Shown piece after piece: positions 8,323-18,269 of a stretch of DNA of 27,456 bases. A program made the translations under genes and the position numbers. Position 1 is the first letter of the stretch; the number at the start of each line of letters is the position of its first letter. The DNA is from a virus (taxonomy: Duplodnaviria > Heunggongvirae > Uroviricota > Caudoviricetes): the IMG/VR virus record IMGVR_UViG_3300021431_000008. One strand, given 5' to 3'. The notes beneath the pieces were generated by a model that was not told the origin of the DNA, ran no database searches, and was given only the letters and a program-made list of their open reading frames with translations.

Positions 8323-11300
8323 TTAATTCCCCCTTCCCTTTCGCATTTGCAAAGTTCCGAAAGCGTCATCCATTTGTCTGGATGTAGCGCCAACAAGTTC
8401 ACCGGAATCGAGCACGATCTTCATGTTTGTAATTGCCTCGCCAAGATTATCGAGTCTGGAGCCCATGCGCTGAAGCTCAGAAACGATACTGTCAGCACCT
8501 CCGCCATAAGTAACGGCTGCGGCTGTATTTTGAGCAGTATCCATGCTGACTCGAGAAGAAGCCCGCAGAGCCATTCCAACAGTTCCGAACATTCCACCAG
8601 CGCTACCGGCAGCGTCTGTGACGTTACTCATGTCAACGACCGGCGTAATCATCGGATTATACTCAAAGCTATCATCAGCGATCGTAGCAACATTCATCAT
8701 CGCCTGTTGCATAGCGGCGAGAATGCCACTGGACATGATTGTAATAGAATCGACAGCGGTTCCAGTATTTTCTTCAATACCTTGAGCGACACCAGCCGGA
8801 ATGAAAGAGGCAAGTCTAGCAAACACACGAGACGGAGAACGAATCTCTAAAGAACTGGCGAAAGCCGAATTAATAGCGCTCGCTAATGCTACCGCGGCGC
8901 TAACGCATGTAGCCGTTGAGGCGGCAATACCGTTAGCAATGCCATTCCCAATATCTTCGCCGATTGTTACGCTTAATGTATTGGCAGTCATTATAACTTC
9001 GCCATCTGTGCAAGCAAGAACAACGGCTCCACGAACAGCCACCACAATAGCATCCTTTACCGTATCTCTACTACTAGTCACGCCGCTGGCGATTGAAGCC
9101 ATAATATCAGATCCAAGTCCACTCACTGACGATACAATTTCAGCCATAGAAGAGATTAGTTCGGCGGTAAGCCCCATGTCTACGCCAGTAGCGGATAGAT
9201 CAAAGAAGAGCATCTGAATCTGATCTATCAATCCGGCTATCAGATTAAAATCTTTAATATTTTTAAGAACAGCAAAAGAATCAACAAATTTCTGAACATT
9301 CTCAACACTGGCGCCGGAAAACTTATTAAGAAACGGAATAAACTGATCGCCAAAAGTACTAAGCGTTTCGCCAAGAGCAGTCATTTTTCCCATTTCGTCT
9401 TCACTCATGCCGGACCAAGTTGTACTCCAAATCTTTGCTGATACAATTTTACTAACACTCTCTTCAAACTTTTCGAACTGACTTAAATCATCGTCGGTTA
9501 ACGTGCTTATATTCTCTAAGAATCTCGGAAATCCATCTGTAAAATCTGCAAGAGCAGCAATAGCATGCTGGCCGTCACCATTAGTCGGTGAAATCCATGC
9601 GATAATATCCGCCAAGGTAGACCAACCAGTAATTGCCGTAATTTCCTGCATGACATTACCAAAAGACTTGATCTTGCCCGGTGCATCATCAGATATGGAA
9701 GCAGCTTCTAGAGACCCAACAAATCCTGCGACAGCGGTTGGCAACTGAATAAGTTGATTACTCCACGCAGTTTTTACAGCATTTCCTAATGCAGTGAACA
9801 TTTTTGCAAGCATGTCCCAACCGGTAATCATGCCAAGAGACTGCATAATATTTGAAAATGTCCTAATTTTCTCTTCTGTACCAGACTTAATATTTGCTTT
9901 CTCTATAGCTGTAACAAAATCGCCTATAGTCTGCGGTAATGCAACGAGCTGATTGCTATATGCAGTTCCAACAGCATTTCCTAATGCCGTAATCATTTTT
10001 CCGGCAGCGTCCCAAGCTGTGATCGTCGCAAGAAGCTGCATAATCGAAACGAAATCTTTAATTTTACTTTCAGCTTTTTTCGGAAAATCTTTAGAATCAA
10101 TTGCGTTCGCAAAATCAGCGACTCCGGTCGCAAGATTCGACATATTTTCAATAAACGTTGGTCCAAACTTATCCCCAAGTGCTCCGACAGCATTTCCAAG
10201 CGAATTCATCATCGTCGCTATAACATTCCAAAGCTCAACTTCAGTAAGAGCTTGCATGATTGAAGCGAATGTCTGAACTTTCTTTTCGATGCCTCCTGCA
10301 AAATCTACTTCTGCCAACTCCGTTGAAAACCTGGCAAAACCCTTAATCAACTCAGTCAGATTTTCAAACAGTCGTGATTTATCGCCACCGGATTCGTCCG
10401 AAGCGGTTTCATTAAAAACATCAGAAATAGCAGCCAAAATAGTTCCAATGGCTTCCCATCCAGTTATTCCAGCAATGGATTGCATAACACCGGAAAAAGT
10501 TTCAATTTTCGAAATATCATCGCCTGTAAATTCTGAAATATCTGTAACAAATTCTTTTACAGCCTTGCCAAGACTCTTTAGATCTTCAAATAGCGCTGCA
10601 CTAGGAACTAAAGCTAAAGCAGCCGCAAGTGCTGTAAATAATTCCGCAAGCGCAAGCTTTCCCATCATGTCCGCAAAACGACTTAGATTTTCGACCGTCG
10701 AATCATCATAGGATTTAATCGATTCTAAAAACGGATTAAGCGCAGCAGTGAAATCACTGAGCTTATTTGCCATGGATATTGCTACAGATATAACAGCAAG
10801 ACCAATGGCCATTAATGCAAGTAAAACAATTTCAATAGCAGCGAATATTGCGCCAATACCAACAATACCTTTTACAGCTCCGCCAGTTGGGATCTTGCCA
10901 AGAAGAACTGCCGCACCAGCAATGCCAACGATTGTCCCAATGCATATTAAAGCGGCTTTTCCGATTTTATCCCAGTCAAGGTTTGATTCGCCAAACGGAA
11001 CAAGAATTTCGCCAACAAGCCAAAGAGCACCAATACCAACCGCAAGTGAAGCGACGGCTGCAAGATTAAAACCACTACCAAATTTACTAATCAGCGCCAT
11101 AGTTCCGCCGAGAGCCAATAAAACAACAGACAATGCTCCAGCAGCCGAAGCCAACTGTTTTGAGGGCAACCGCGATAATTTGTGAAGAGCGGCCGATGCG
11201 GCTACAATAATCCCAATAATAGCCAACGATGCTACAATCTTCTTAATTGCACCCGTTTGAAAGCTGCCCTTCATGCTATCCAAGAATTTGCCTAAAGCAA

Positions 11301-14300
11301 ACATGATCGCGCCGAGGCCAAGAAGCCCTTTTACGATCTGCTCAACAGGCAAGGATCCGATTCGGGCCATAACCTCCGCCAATGCGGCAACGGTAATTGC
11401 AACAGCAATAAGCCCCCAAAGTTGTTTGCCGTTAATCGACTGTCGCTCAGAAAATAATGAGTTCCCTACACCCTTACTAAATGTTCCCTGCATCACGCGA
11501 ACTAAACTTCCAACAAGTATAAACATCGCGATCGCAGCCTTCATAATACTCGTGAAATTCATATCGCCAAGACGTTTGAAGGCCCCAACTAATACCGCAA
11601 GAGTGAGAGCAACACCAATCAAGCCAAATAATTCTTTTCCATTATTAACACGAGAAGACTTTTTTGTAAATCGAATCATCTGATTCATAATCAGACTAAG
11701 ACCGATCCAGCCTTTTAGAATCTCTGCAAAATCCATGTCGCCGAGACCTTTCATAGACTTTGCAAGAAGCCAAACGCCAGCTGCAACATATAATAATTTA
11801 TCGAAATTCGTATCCCAGCCTAAACCTTTTGACCGTTTAGTAAAACGAATCATTTGATCCATTACTAACTTTAAGCCAAGCCAGCCTTTAAGAAGTTGCT
11901 TCATATCCATATTGCCAAGTCTCTGAAGTGCGTTTGCAACAAGCCACACTCCAATGGCAATTTTCAAGATGTCTCCAAGACCTTTTTTCTTAACATTTCC
12001 ACTAAATAAAGTAAAAGTGATTATCTGTGTTAAAATAGTACTTAAAGCAAGCCATCCCTGTAATAAAGATGCTGGATCCATATGGCCAAGAACTGCTAAA
12101 GCAGCAACAATTATTCCTATTGCAAGTGCAACTGGAACGAGAGACCACATTGCTTTTGTGCTAATTCCGCCTGGCAATAAATTAATTAGAGACACAAGAC
12201 CTATGATTCCAACAAGCACCAATCCAGCACCAATTAGTCCATCGATGGCAATCTGCATTTTATTTTTCGGAATGGTTGATAATATCTTAATAACAACGCC
12301 AATGGACAAAATTAAAGAAGCCAACGATCCTATTAATCCGGCTACAGCACCAATCTTTAAGCCTTCGGCAAACTCACTGACGCTTTCGACAGCCCAGCGT
12401 AATGCTCTCGACCATTGCGCAATCGAAATAAGCGTATAGGAAATTGTAGCAACTTTAATGAGAGGCAATGCATCCTTAGCAATTGTTCCAAGCATTTTAA
12501 GAAAACTGCTAATAGTTTCTCCGATATTCTCAAAACTAATTTTACTGGAAATAAACTTACCAAAGTTATCAAATGCTCCGGAAATCGTTTCGCCAAGGCT
12601 ACGAATCGTTTCGCCCAAAGTCGAAAAATCAAAAGTTTTAGAGAAAAAACCGCCAATGTTTCCGAAAATCCCAGTAAAGAAATTTCGTATGGCATCAGCA
12701 ATCTGCGTTACCTTTGTTGCATCGAGCTTTCCGAACAAAAACGTGCCAACTTTAGAAACAGCATTCGAAATAAAGGTTCCAATTGATTCTGTAATTGCTG
12801 TAAAATCAACGCTTTTATTAAAAAACGCCACAATACGTTCGATAATAAATTTGAATACTTCTTTAATACCGCCAGCGTCAAAAGCGCTCTTTATTCCATC
12901 AAATATGCCAACAACCTTATCTCTAATAAGCCTTCCAAATAACTCCAGTACCCCAATTAATCCATTTATCGAAAACTCTCGCCTAAATAATTTAAAGTAT
13001 TTTGAAATATTCCCGAATACACTTTTTACAGCATTTCCGATTGTACTCAATATTCCAGCAATCTTAGTCAGCGCCGTAGTAATCCATGTGCTAACTGTTG
13101 TGCTGGACATGAATTCTTTAAAACGATCCGCTACGGCCGTAATCTTATCCGCGATAACGCCAAGCCACTCAGACAGTGTTTGAGCCCAAGCCTGTTTACC
13201 CAGTTCTTTACCTTTATCAATCAACGTCATAATTCCAACAACAATTAATTCTAACGGAATTAAAAGCGCTTGAAGTAAGGTAAGCACTGAAGAAATAATC
13301 GCTTTAAAAATGCCACTTTCCCGAAGTGTATTGAAAAGTCTTACAGCAATATTAAAGATACCGCCAAGGATACCTTTTATGAGATCTGTGACACTGCCAA
13401 TCGATGAAAACGCTTCGAATAAACTAACGAATTTATCGCGTAACGCTTTCGCTTTATCTTCAGTAATTTCCAAAGATTCTGTAAAATCGTGAAAACGTTT
13501 AACAAGCTGATAGATCCGTTCGGCCACATTTTCGTTTGCTATATCTTCATTGGTTTCTTCGTCAGTACCTCCGAAGATAATGTTAAACGCTTTTCTGGCA
13601 GCTTCACTCACAGCCGAAAAGACATCTAAAAGATTCTGCAGCGATTCAGTAAATAATTTAAAGCCAGACTCTCTCGTAACTTTTTCATCGGTCATAAGAC
13701 TGAGCACCTCTTCAGATGCTAGTCCTAACTCATGAAGTTTCTCAATTTCTTCATCAGTATATCCGGCCAACTTTAAAAGCTGATCAGAATATTGATCCAT
13801 AAATTGAACGAGATAGGGATCTCCAGATTCTTCAGTCATGGACAGATAAGCTTCCATAAACTGATCGACGGAAACGACACCTTGTTCCATCGCAGCCTGC
13901 AGCGAACCATACTTCGTAATAAGCTTCTCAAGTCCACTGTCTCCTAATTTCGATGCTGCGATATCAAAATCTTCAAACGTGTAACCGCCTTTTTCGAGAA
14001 GAGCCTGAGCTTTCTTCAAATCAACAACGGTCGCATCTTTGCTAGATTGAATCGATTCTGCTGCGGCTTTTGCCTCGGTGGTTTGTCTTTCAATAACATT
14101 GGCCCACCATTCAATCATACTGACATCGTAGCCGCGAGCTTCCAAAGTTTCCTTGCTGACAGCTCCGTCTAAAAACCACTCAGCATTTTGTTTAATATCG
14201 TCGATCTTTTTGTTAAAATCGTCATTCTTGCCATTTACAATTTTATCTAAACGATCAAGATTCATTTGATCAAGGATTGCCTGAAATTGTTCGGCTGTAA

Positions 14301-15720
14301 CGGCACCGGCTTTGATAGCTTCCTCTAATGAACCATATTGTTCAATAAGATTTCGAACCCCATATGATTGAAAAGAACCGCCAAATGCCGTCAGCGTATC
14401 ATCCGCTACTTTCTGAGCAGCCTCTTCCATTTCAGACATGCTTGAGCCAGCATCCGCCAGAAGCTCTCGAAGCGGATTTGGACCATTAAATGCAATATCA
14501 AAAATATCATTCAGTTTATTAATCGGTTCTGCAAAAATATCGTAAAGAGAGTTAGCAACGCCAGTCCAAAAGTCTTTAGCGGTCAGATAGTTACCAAACA
14601 TCGTCTCAAAGAGATTCATCCAACCGGTGCTGACAGCATCCTTTGTAGCGTCGATAGCTTCCTGAAACGTCTTAGCTTCCTGCGCAGCCTTAAATGCTCT
14701 GCGACCTAAATCATATTCTTCTTTTGAAAGTTCCTTAATATAAGGAAGTAAATCATCTGACGCTTTGCCGGTTTCTTTATAAACGTCAACCATGCGAAGT
14801 AATTCCGTAACGGTTTCACCGGTTTCTTCGCTAGTCGCTAATAGCACATCAGTAAATTTGCCATAGGTATTTAATACTTCAAGCAAAACGTCGGACGAAA
14901 ACCATCCATCTGATAGTTGCGTGTTAAATTGTTCAGCAGTGAAAGAATGACCAGCTTTTGTTACAAACGCATTGCCACGTTTAGTTAAAGTACCAAGAGC
15001 AACAGCTGTTTCAAGCGCGGTTTCTTTAAACTCCCGAGTTGCCATATTGGCATTCTCAATAGACTTCCAGTCCATGAGTTTAACAGAACCAACTGCCAAT
15101 GCCTGCGACAGGTTATACATCGCCCGTCCAGCTTCGTTAATCGTTCCACCGGAAATAGCAGCCCAGTTTGAGATACCTTCCATAGCCGTAACGGCCGTCT
15201 CAAGCTTAACACCGTTTGAAGTAAATTTACCGATATTGTTGACCATATCAAGGAAATTATACGAGGTCTCATCAGTAAATAAATTTAGCTTTTCAAGCTG
15301 GGAATTAACCCATTCGATCTGAGCTCCTTGATTTTCCCAATCTTTCGCGGTGGCAGCCATAATGGTCTGAACGCCTTGGGTTTTTTCAGCATATTTTCCC
15401 CAGCCGACACCAATCTGGTCAACAGAAAGTGCAGTCGCGACCTTACCAAGTTGGCCGACCAAATCCATAGCCTTGTTGGTCAGAGTTCGAATAACCTGAT
15501 CGCCGACGATTCCCATTGCTGAGAAACGGTCTGTTACTTTATCAAGAGAACGCCCTACCGAATCGAATCCGTCGGTATTTTCTTTACCCAATGACTTCAG
15601 ACCATTGTCAAGTTTTTCAAGTATGTCGATAGTCTTTTTTGCACCGGCTTCAAATTTATCATGATCTATTCGCATCTCTACGATGCGTTCTTCTACAGTA
15701 CTCGAATTTGCACCAGGCAT
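8323..15720 (-). CDS. Tail tape measure protein, 2465 aa
   Basis: Longest ORF, between the chaperone/neck genes and Dit. N-terminal tape-measure domain (LNLFTDETSYNF.DM...IGKF), long amphipathic/hydrophobic helical repeats, IRSPSRVF motif near the C-terminus. Confidence 0.95.
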   Translation of the reverse strand: MPGANSSTVEERIVEMRIDHDKFEAGAKKTIDILEKLDNGLKSLGKENTDGFDSVGRSLDKVTDRFSAMGIVGDQVIRTLTNKAMDLVGQLGKVATALSVDQIGVGWGKYAEKTQGVQTIMAATAKDWENQGAQIEWVNSQLEKLNLFTDETSYNFLDMVNNIGKFTSNGVKLETAVTAMEGISNWAAISGGTINEAGRAMYNLSQALAVGSVKLMDWKSIENANMATREFKETALETAVALGTLTKRGNAFVTKAGHSFTAEQFNTQLSDGWFSSDVLLEVLNTYGKFTDVLLATSEETGETVTELLRMVDVYKETGKASDDLLPYIKELSKEEYDLGRRAFKAAQEAKTFQEAIDATKDAVSTGWMNLFETMFGNYLTAKDFWTGVANSLYDIFAEPINKLNDIFDIAFNGPNPLRELLADAGSSMSEMEEAAQKVADDTLTAFGGSFQSYGVRNLIEQYGSLEEAIKAGAVTAEQFQAILDQMNLDRLDKIVNGKNDDFNKKIDDIKQNAEWFLDGAVSKETLEARGYDVSMIEWWANVIERQTTEAKAAAESIQSSKDATVVDLKKAQALLEKGGYTFEDFDIAASKLGDSGLEKLITKYGSLQAAMEQGVVSVDQFMEAYLSMTEESGDPYLVQFMDQYSDQLLKLAGYTDEEIEKLHELGLASEEVLSLMTDEKVTRESGFKLFTESLQNLLDVFSAVSEAARKAFNIIFGGTDEETNEDIANENVAERIYQLVKRFHDFTESLEITEDKAKALRDKFVSLFEAFSSIGSVTDLIKGILGGIFNIAVRLFNTLRESGIFKAIISSVLTLLQALLIPLELIVVGIMTLIDKGKELGKQAWAQTLSEWLGVIADKITAVADRFKEFMSSTTVSTWITTALTKIAGILSTIGNAVKSVFGNISKYFKLFRREFSINGLIGVLELFGRLIRDKVVGIFDGIKSAFDAGGIKEVFKFIIERIVAFFNKSVDFTAITESIGTFISNAVSKVGTFLFGKLDATKVTQIADAIRNFFTGIFGNIGGFFSKTFDFSTLGETIRSLGETISGAFDNFGKFISSKISFENIGETISSFLKMLGTIAKDALPLIKVATISYTLISIAQWSRALRWAVESVSEFAEGLKIGAVAGLIGSLASLILSIGVVIKILSTIPKNKMQIAIDGLIGAGLVLVGIIGLVSLINLLPGGISTKAMWSLVPVALAIGIIVAALAVLGHMDPASLLQGWLALSTILTQIITFTLFSGNVKKKGLGDILKIAIGVWLVANALQRLGNMDMKQLLKGWLGLKLVMDQMIRFTKRSKGLGWDTNFDKLLYVAAGVWLLAKSMKGLGDMDFAEILKGWIGLSLIMNQMIRFTKKSSRVNNGKELFGLIGVALTLAVLVGAFKRLGDMNFTSIMKAAIAMFILVGSLVRVMQGTFSKGVGNSLFSERQSINGKQLWGLIAVAITVAALAEVMARIGSLPVEQIVKGLLGLGAIMFALGKFLDSMKGSFQTGAIKKIVASLAIIGIIVAASAALHKLSRLPSKQLASAAGALSVVLLALGGTMALISKFGSGFNLAAVASLAVGIGALWLVGEILVPFGESNLDWDKIGKAALICIGTIVGIAGAAVLLGKIPTGGAVKGIVGIGAIFAAIEIVLLALMAIGLAVISVAISMANKLSDFTAALNPFLESIKSYDDSTVENLSRFADMMGKLALAELFTALAAALALVPSAALFEDLKSLGKAVKEFVTDISEFTGDDISKIETFSGVMQSIAGITGWEAIGTILAAISDVFNETASDESGGDKSRLFENLTELIKGFARFSTELAEVDFAGGIEKKVQTFASIMQALTEVELWNVIATMMNSLGNAVGALGDKFGPTFIENMSNLATGVADFANAIDSKDFPKKAESKIKDFVSIMQLLATITAWDAAGKMITALGNAVGTAYSNQLVALPQTIGDFVTAIEKANIKSGTEEKIRTFSNIMQSLGMITGWDMLAKMFTALGNAVKTAWSNQLIQLPTAVAGFVGSLEAASISDDAPGKIKSFGNVMQEITAITGWSTLADIIAWISPTNGDGQHAIAALADFTDGFPRFLENISTLTDDDLSQFEKFEESVSKIVSAKIWSTTWSGMSEDEMGKMTALGETLSTFGDQFIPFLNKFSGASVENVQKFVDSFAVLKNIKDFNLIAGLIDQIQMLFFDLSATGVDMGLTAELISSMAEIVSSVSGLGSDIMASIASGVTSSRDTVKDAIVVAVRGAVVLACTDGEVIMTANTLSVTIGEDIGNGIANGIAASTATCVSAAVALASAINSAFASSLEIRSPSRVFARLASFIPAGVAQGIEENTGTAVDSITIMSSGILAAMQQAMMNVATIADDSFEYNPMITPVVDMSNVTDAAGSAGGMFGTVGMALRASSRVSMDTAQNTAAAVTYGGGADSIVSELQRMGSRLDNLGEAITNMKIVLDSGELVGATSRQMDDAFGTLQMRKGRGN

Positions 15721-16097
15721 CAGCTATCTACGACCTCCTTCCAAATGGCTTCCGCGATATGCTCAAACACCGGTAAAATTGCGGGAGATATATAGTGCCG
15801 TCCTTGAACATATCCGCCCCAGCCTGTGCCGTGACCATATTCAAGAATGACAGCAATCGGAACTCCTTCGTTTACATTGGAGTTTGACCAGTAAATACTG
15901 ATTTGTTTACGACTCTTTTCAATTTCATATTTCCATGAATTGGCAGTTTTTCCGGTAACAACCGGCGTGGCAGATTTAAGCGCTTCAACGCCCTCCTCTG
16001 CATATTGAGTCAGGAGACTGTCAAAATCCAGATGCTGAGTGCGTTTTAAAAACTGTTTTGTTTTCTTAAAATCGCCTTTTACCGTGCATTTAATCAT
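15720..16097 (-). CDS. HK97 gp10-like neck/tail-completion protein, 125 aa
   Basis: SD AAGGAG. Motifs ATPVVTGKTANSW and AVILEYGHGT..GGYVQGRHYI.PA..P.FE match the TP..TG.L..S / ..EYG / ..PA pattern. The TGATG overlap couples it to the tape measure gene. Confidence 0.7.
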   Translation of the reverse strand: MIKCTVKGDFKKTKQFLKRTQHLDFDSLLTQYAEEGVEALKSATPVVTGKTANSWKYEIEKSRKQISIYWSNSNVNEGVPIAVILEYGHGTGWGGYVQGRHYISPAILPVFEHIAEAIWKEVVDS

Positions 16098-16121
16098 GAC
16101 AGTCTCCTTGTTGTTTTTTGC

Positions 16122-16667
16122 TCAGCCTCTGGTGCCATATTTAGCACGCCTAGCAGCATTTAAAGCCGCGTTCTGGCTGAAAATATCTTTTTTGCTCATT
16201 TTCTGTGGCTGCTGATTTTTAACAGATGCTACTTCGATCAGGGTCATCAAACGATTCAAATGCCATTTCTGACACGGATCAAAGGGTATGTTAAAATACG
16301 ACATCCAAAAATAAATGAGCTCGTTGGTAATAATATCTCGAGACGGCTTTTTTTGACGATCTTTAAATGTCGTAGCAGTCATCGGATCAGCAATATAATC
16401 AGCGATGTCTTTCACGTTCTTTGGGGTCAGCGCCAAGAAAACATTTGGATCACTTGGCTCCGTCAGACACATGCACCGAATATAATCAAAGTTTTGTTCT
16501 TCTGTTTTTGGTTCCATAGAAAGATACGCCTTATGCCATTTCATTTCCCATTTTGAAATACTCAAAAGCGAATGTTCTAGAACCAAACGCTGTTCCTTGA
16601 CTGTTATAAACCGATTGTTTTTCGGATCATAAAAATCTTTTTGCGGAACATGAATTGTCAGTGGCAC
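16122..16667 (-). CDS. Tail assembly chaperone-type protein (second), 181 aa
   Basis: GTG start. LEHSLLSISKWE, IADPMTATT, ITNELIYFWM..FNIPF.CQKWHLNRLMTLI motifs. Position between the major tail and tape measure genes. Confidence 0.6.
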   Translation of the reverse strand: MPLTIHVPQKDFYDPKNNRFITVKEQRLVLEHSLLSISKWEMKWHKAYLSMEPKTEEQNFDYIRCMCLTEPSDPNVFLALTPKNVKDIADYIADPMTATTFKDRQKKPSRDIITNELIYFWMSYFNIPFDPCQKWHLNRLMTLIEVASVKNQQPQKMSKKDIFSQNAALNAARRAKYGTRG

Positions 16668-16673
16668 GCCTCA

Positions 16674-17141
16674 TCACACCTTATTGAGAACCGCGCCAAA
16701 GCCCTCCTGCTCTAAAAGCTTAGTCGCTTCAGCCTTCTGCTCGTCCGAAATCTGCGGAAGAACATTTTCGGCAAACTCGTCAAGAGACTCCTCACCGGAC
16801 AGCAGCGCAAATACGTACGCATCATAAGCCGCAGACTGCTTAAACTTCTTATACAGCGGACGACCGTCATCATCTTCCTTCAGAAACAGCGAAGGATTAT
16901 CTTTCGGTCTAACGCCATAGGAACGATCGATCAGCAGCTTCACGAAATCAACAGCAGGCTTTTTAGGTGTTTCACCATCTTCACGCTCGACCATGAGCTT
17001 CTTAATACGGCCAATCAGACCGCCTTCCTCTTCAAACTCGAGATTCAGATCAACGCACTCAGTCTTCGTAAGATTAAAATACGCGTCCATCTTGGTTTCA
17101 TTACCATCAAAATCAGTAAAAGTAATAGTCTTTTTAAGCAT
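16674..17141 (-). CDS. Tail assembly chaperone (first), 155 aa
   Basis: SD AAAGGAG. MLKKTITFTDFDG.....YFNLTK.E N-terminus and F.QS.AYDA motif. Directly downstream of the major tail gene. Confidence 0.7.
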   Translation of the reverse strand: MLKKTITFTDFDGNETKMDAYFNLTKTECVDLNLEFEEEGGLIGRIKKLMVEREDGETPKKPAVDFVKLLIDRSYGVRPKDNPSLFLKEDDDGRPLYKKFKQSAAYDAYVFALLSGEESLDEFAENVLPQISDEQKAEATKLLEQEGFGAVLNKV

Positions 17142-17173
17142 GGCTCAGAATTCTCCTTTCAGTGTATGCCACA

Positions 17174-17212
17174 ATATAAAAATAGAGGCTCCCAGATAGT
17201 CTGAGAGCCTCT
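17174..17212 (-). terminator. Intrinsic (Rho-independent) terminator after the major tail gene
   Basis: Minus strand reads AGAGGCTCTCAGA-CTA-TCTGGGAGCCTCT (13 bp stem, one G.U pair) followed by ATTTTTATAT, starting about 11 nt after the major tail stop codon. Confidence 0.85.
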
Positions 17213-17223
17213 GATAAACTAAA

Positions 17224-17928
17224 TTAGCCGGCCGGGGGAGTATAGGAACCGTCACGCAGCCAGGCAATAACCTCATCCGGCATGGGAAGACGCGGCTGAG
17301 CGTTCTCGGTACCATACAGGATCTCCTCGAGCTTCTCAAGATTAGTCTTGGGCGGATTTTCGCCGGTCTGCTTCGGGAACTTGGTGGAATCGATGACAAT
17401 GTGAGCGGTAGGCTTATAACCGGTGACGTTCACAGGGATCGTGTCGATTTCCCAGCTGAACTCAATGGCCTCGGGGCTATCATTAATGGTCTGATAGTCC
17501 TTCGAAGACGGAGAAGCAGAAGCACCGTACACCAGATGCAGCTTATAGCCATGCTCCTCGAACTCGGTGTCATTGCCAACCTTAGTCACGCAAGAAAAGC
17601 CAAAGCCCTTTCGCGGCTGCTGACCAATAAGAATACCACCATTCAGAACAGTGGCAGAACCATCGCACTCAGCGAATTCATCGGGATACGTGTACGCAGT
17701 AATAGTAGCCTTAAAGTTTTCACGCGCACGGATGGACAGATACTTGATATCGTCAGCCCAAATATCAGTAGCATCGCCGCCATCGGGAGATTCGCTGAAG
17801 CCCGTCAGACCATTCCAAGCGACGCCCTTAGGATAGGTGCCATCTGCGGAAACCGGATACAGAACACCCTTCTCGGTGCCGGTCTCATAAAGCCGTTCAC
17901 CGATCTTATCCCATTCAAGTTTAGCCAT
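17224..17928 (-). CDS. Major tail (tube) protein, 234 aa
   Basis: SD GAGGAGG. MAKLEWDKIGERLYETG..KGVLY, GVAWNGLT..SESP.G.....WADDIKYL, GYKLHLVYGA.ASPS.K.Y.TINDSPEAI.FSWE. Strongly biased C-ending codons as in the capsid gene. Confidence 0.9.
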   Translation of the reverse strand: MAKLEWDKIGERLYETGTEKGVLYPVSADGTYPKGVAWNGLTGFSESPDGGDATDIWADDIKYLSIRARENFKATITAYTYPDEFAECDGSATVLNGGILIGQQPRKGFGFSCVTKVGNDTEFEEHGYKLHLVYGASASPSSKDYQTINDSPEAIEFSWEIDTIPVNVTGYKPTAHIVIDSTKFPKQTGENPPKTNLEKLEEILYGTENAQPRLPMPDEVIAWLRDGSYTPPAG

Positions 17929-17948
17929 GAGAATTTCCTCCTCAAATG

Positions 17949-18269
17949 TTAGTAATAAATTGTAAACGGGAAGTGATGTAAATTATCTTTCATGAAAAAA
18001 CGTCCAGGAGCGCAACGCTCGAAGTGACTCTGAATCGCTACAGGAACAGGATCCTCGGGATCTCTACTAATCACCGTCACCTGATACCCGTTTCGAATCG
18101 AATAACTTCGATTGTTAGCTCGCCGAACGTTCAGATCGTTGCGCTTGTAGACTATCGCATTATACTTCATACGCACTTCTTCAGTCGGCTCAAAGTACGT
18201 ATGCTGATAGCCCCAATGCGCTTCTTGGATTTCTCGAAGTTCTTTGTCAAACTTCGGCCGTCGGTCCAT
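17949..18269 (-). CDS. Tail terminator-like protein (about 106 aa, start MDRRPK)
   Basis: GGAGGTG SD before the ATG at 18269 (track start 18320 is probably too long). YFEP.E.V.MKY.AIVY motif and YQVTVISRDP. Position just before the major tail gene. Confidence 0.65.
   Translation of the reverse strand: MDRRPKFDKELREIQEAHWGYQHTYFEPTEEVRMKYNAIVYKRNDLNVRRANNRSYSIRNGYQVTVISRDPEDPVPVAIQSHFERCAPGRFFMKDNLHHFPFTIYY

Noticed and set aside
5675-16558. Additional CAAAATGG cores inside coding regions (5675..5686 in Tal, 16547..16558 in the 181 aa gene)
   Set aside because: They are explained by the encoded peptides DQNG and SKWE and lack the full flanks, so they are not counted as regulatory copies.
17145-17399. 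Possible +1 frameshift extension of the major tail protein at CCC CCG into the 84 aa alternative frame
   Set aside because: The extension would add only about 26 residues, runs through the terminator hairpin, and encodes no Ig-like domain as in SPP1 gp17.1* or A118-type extensions.
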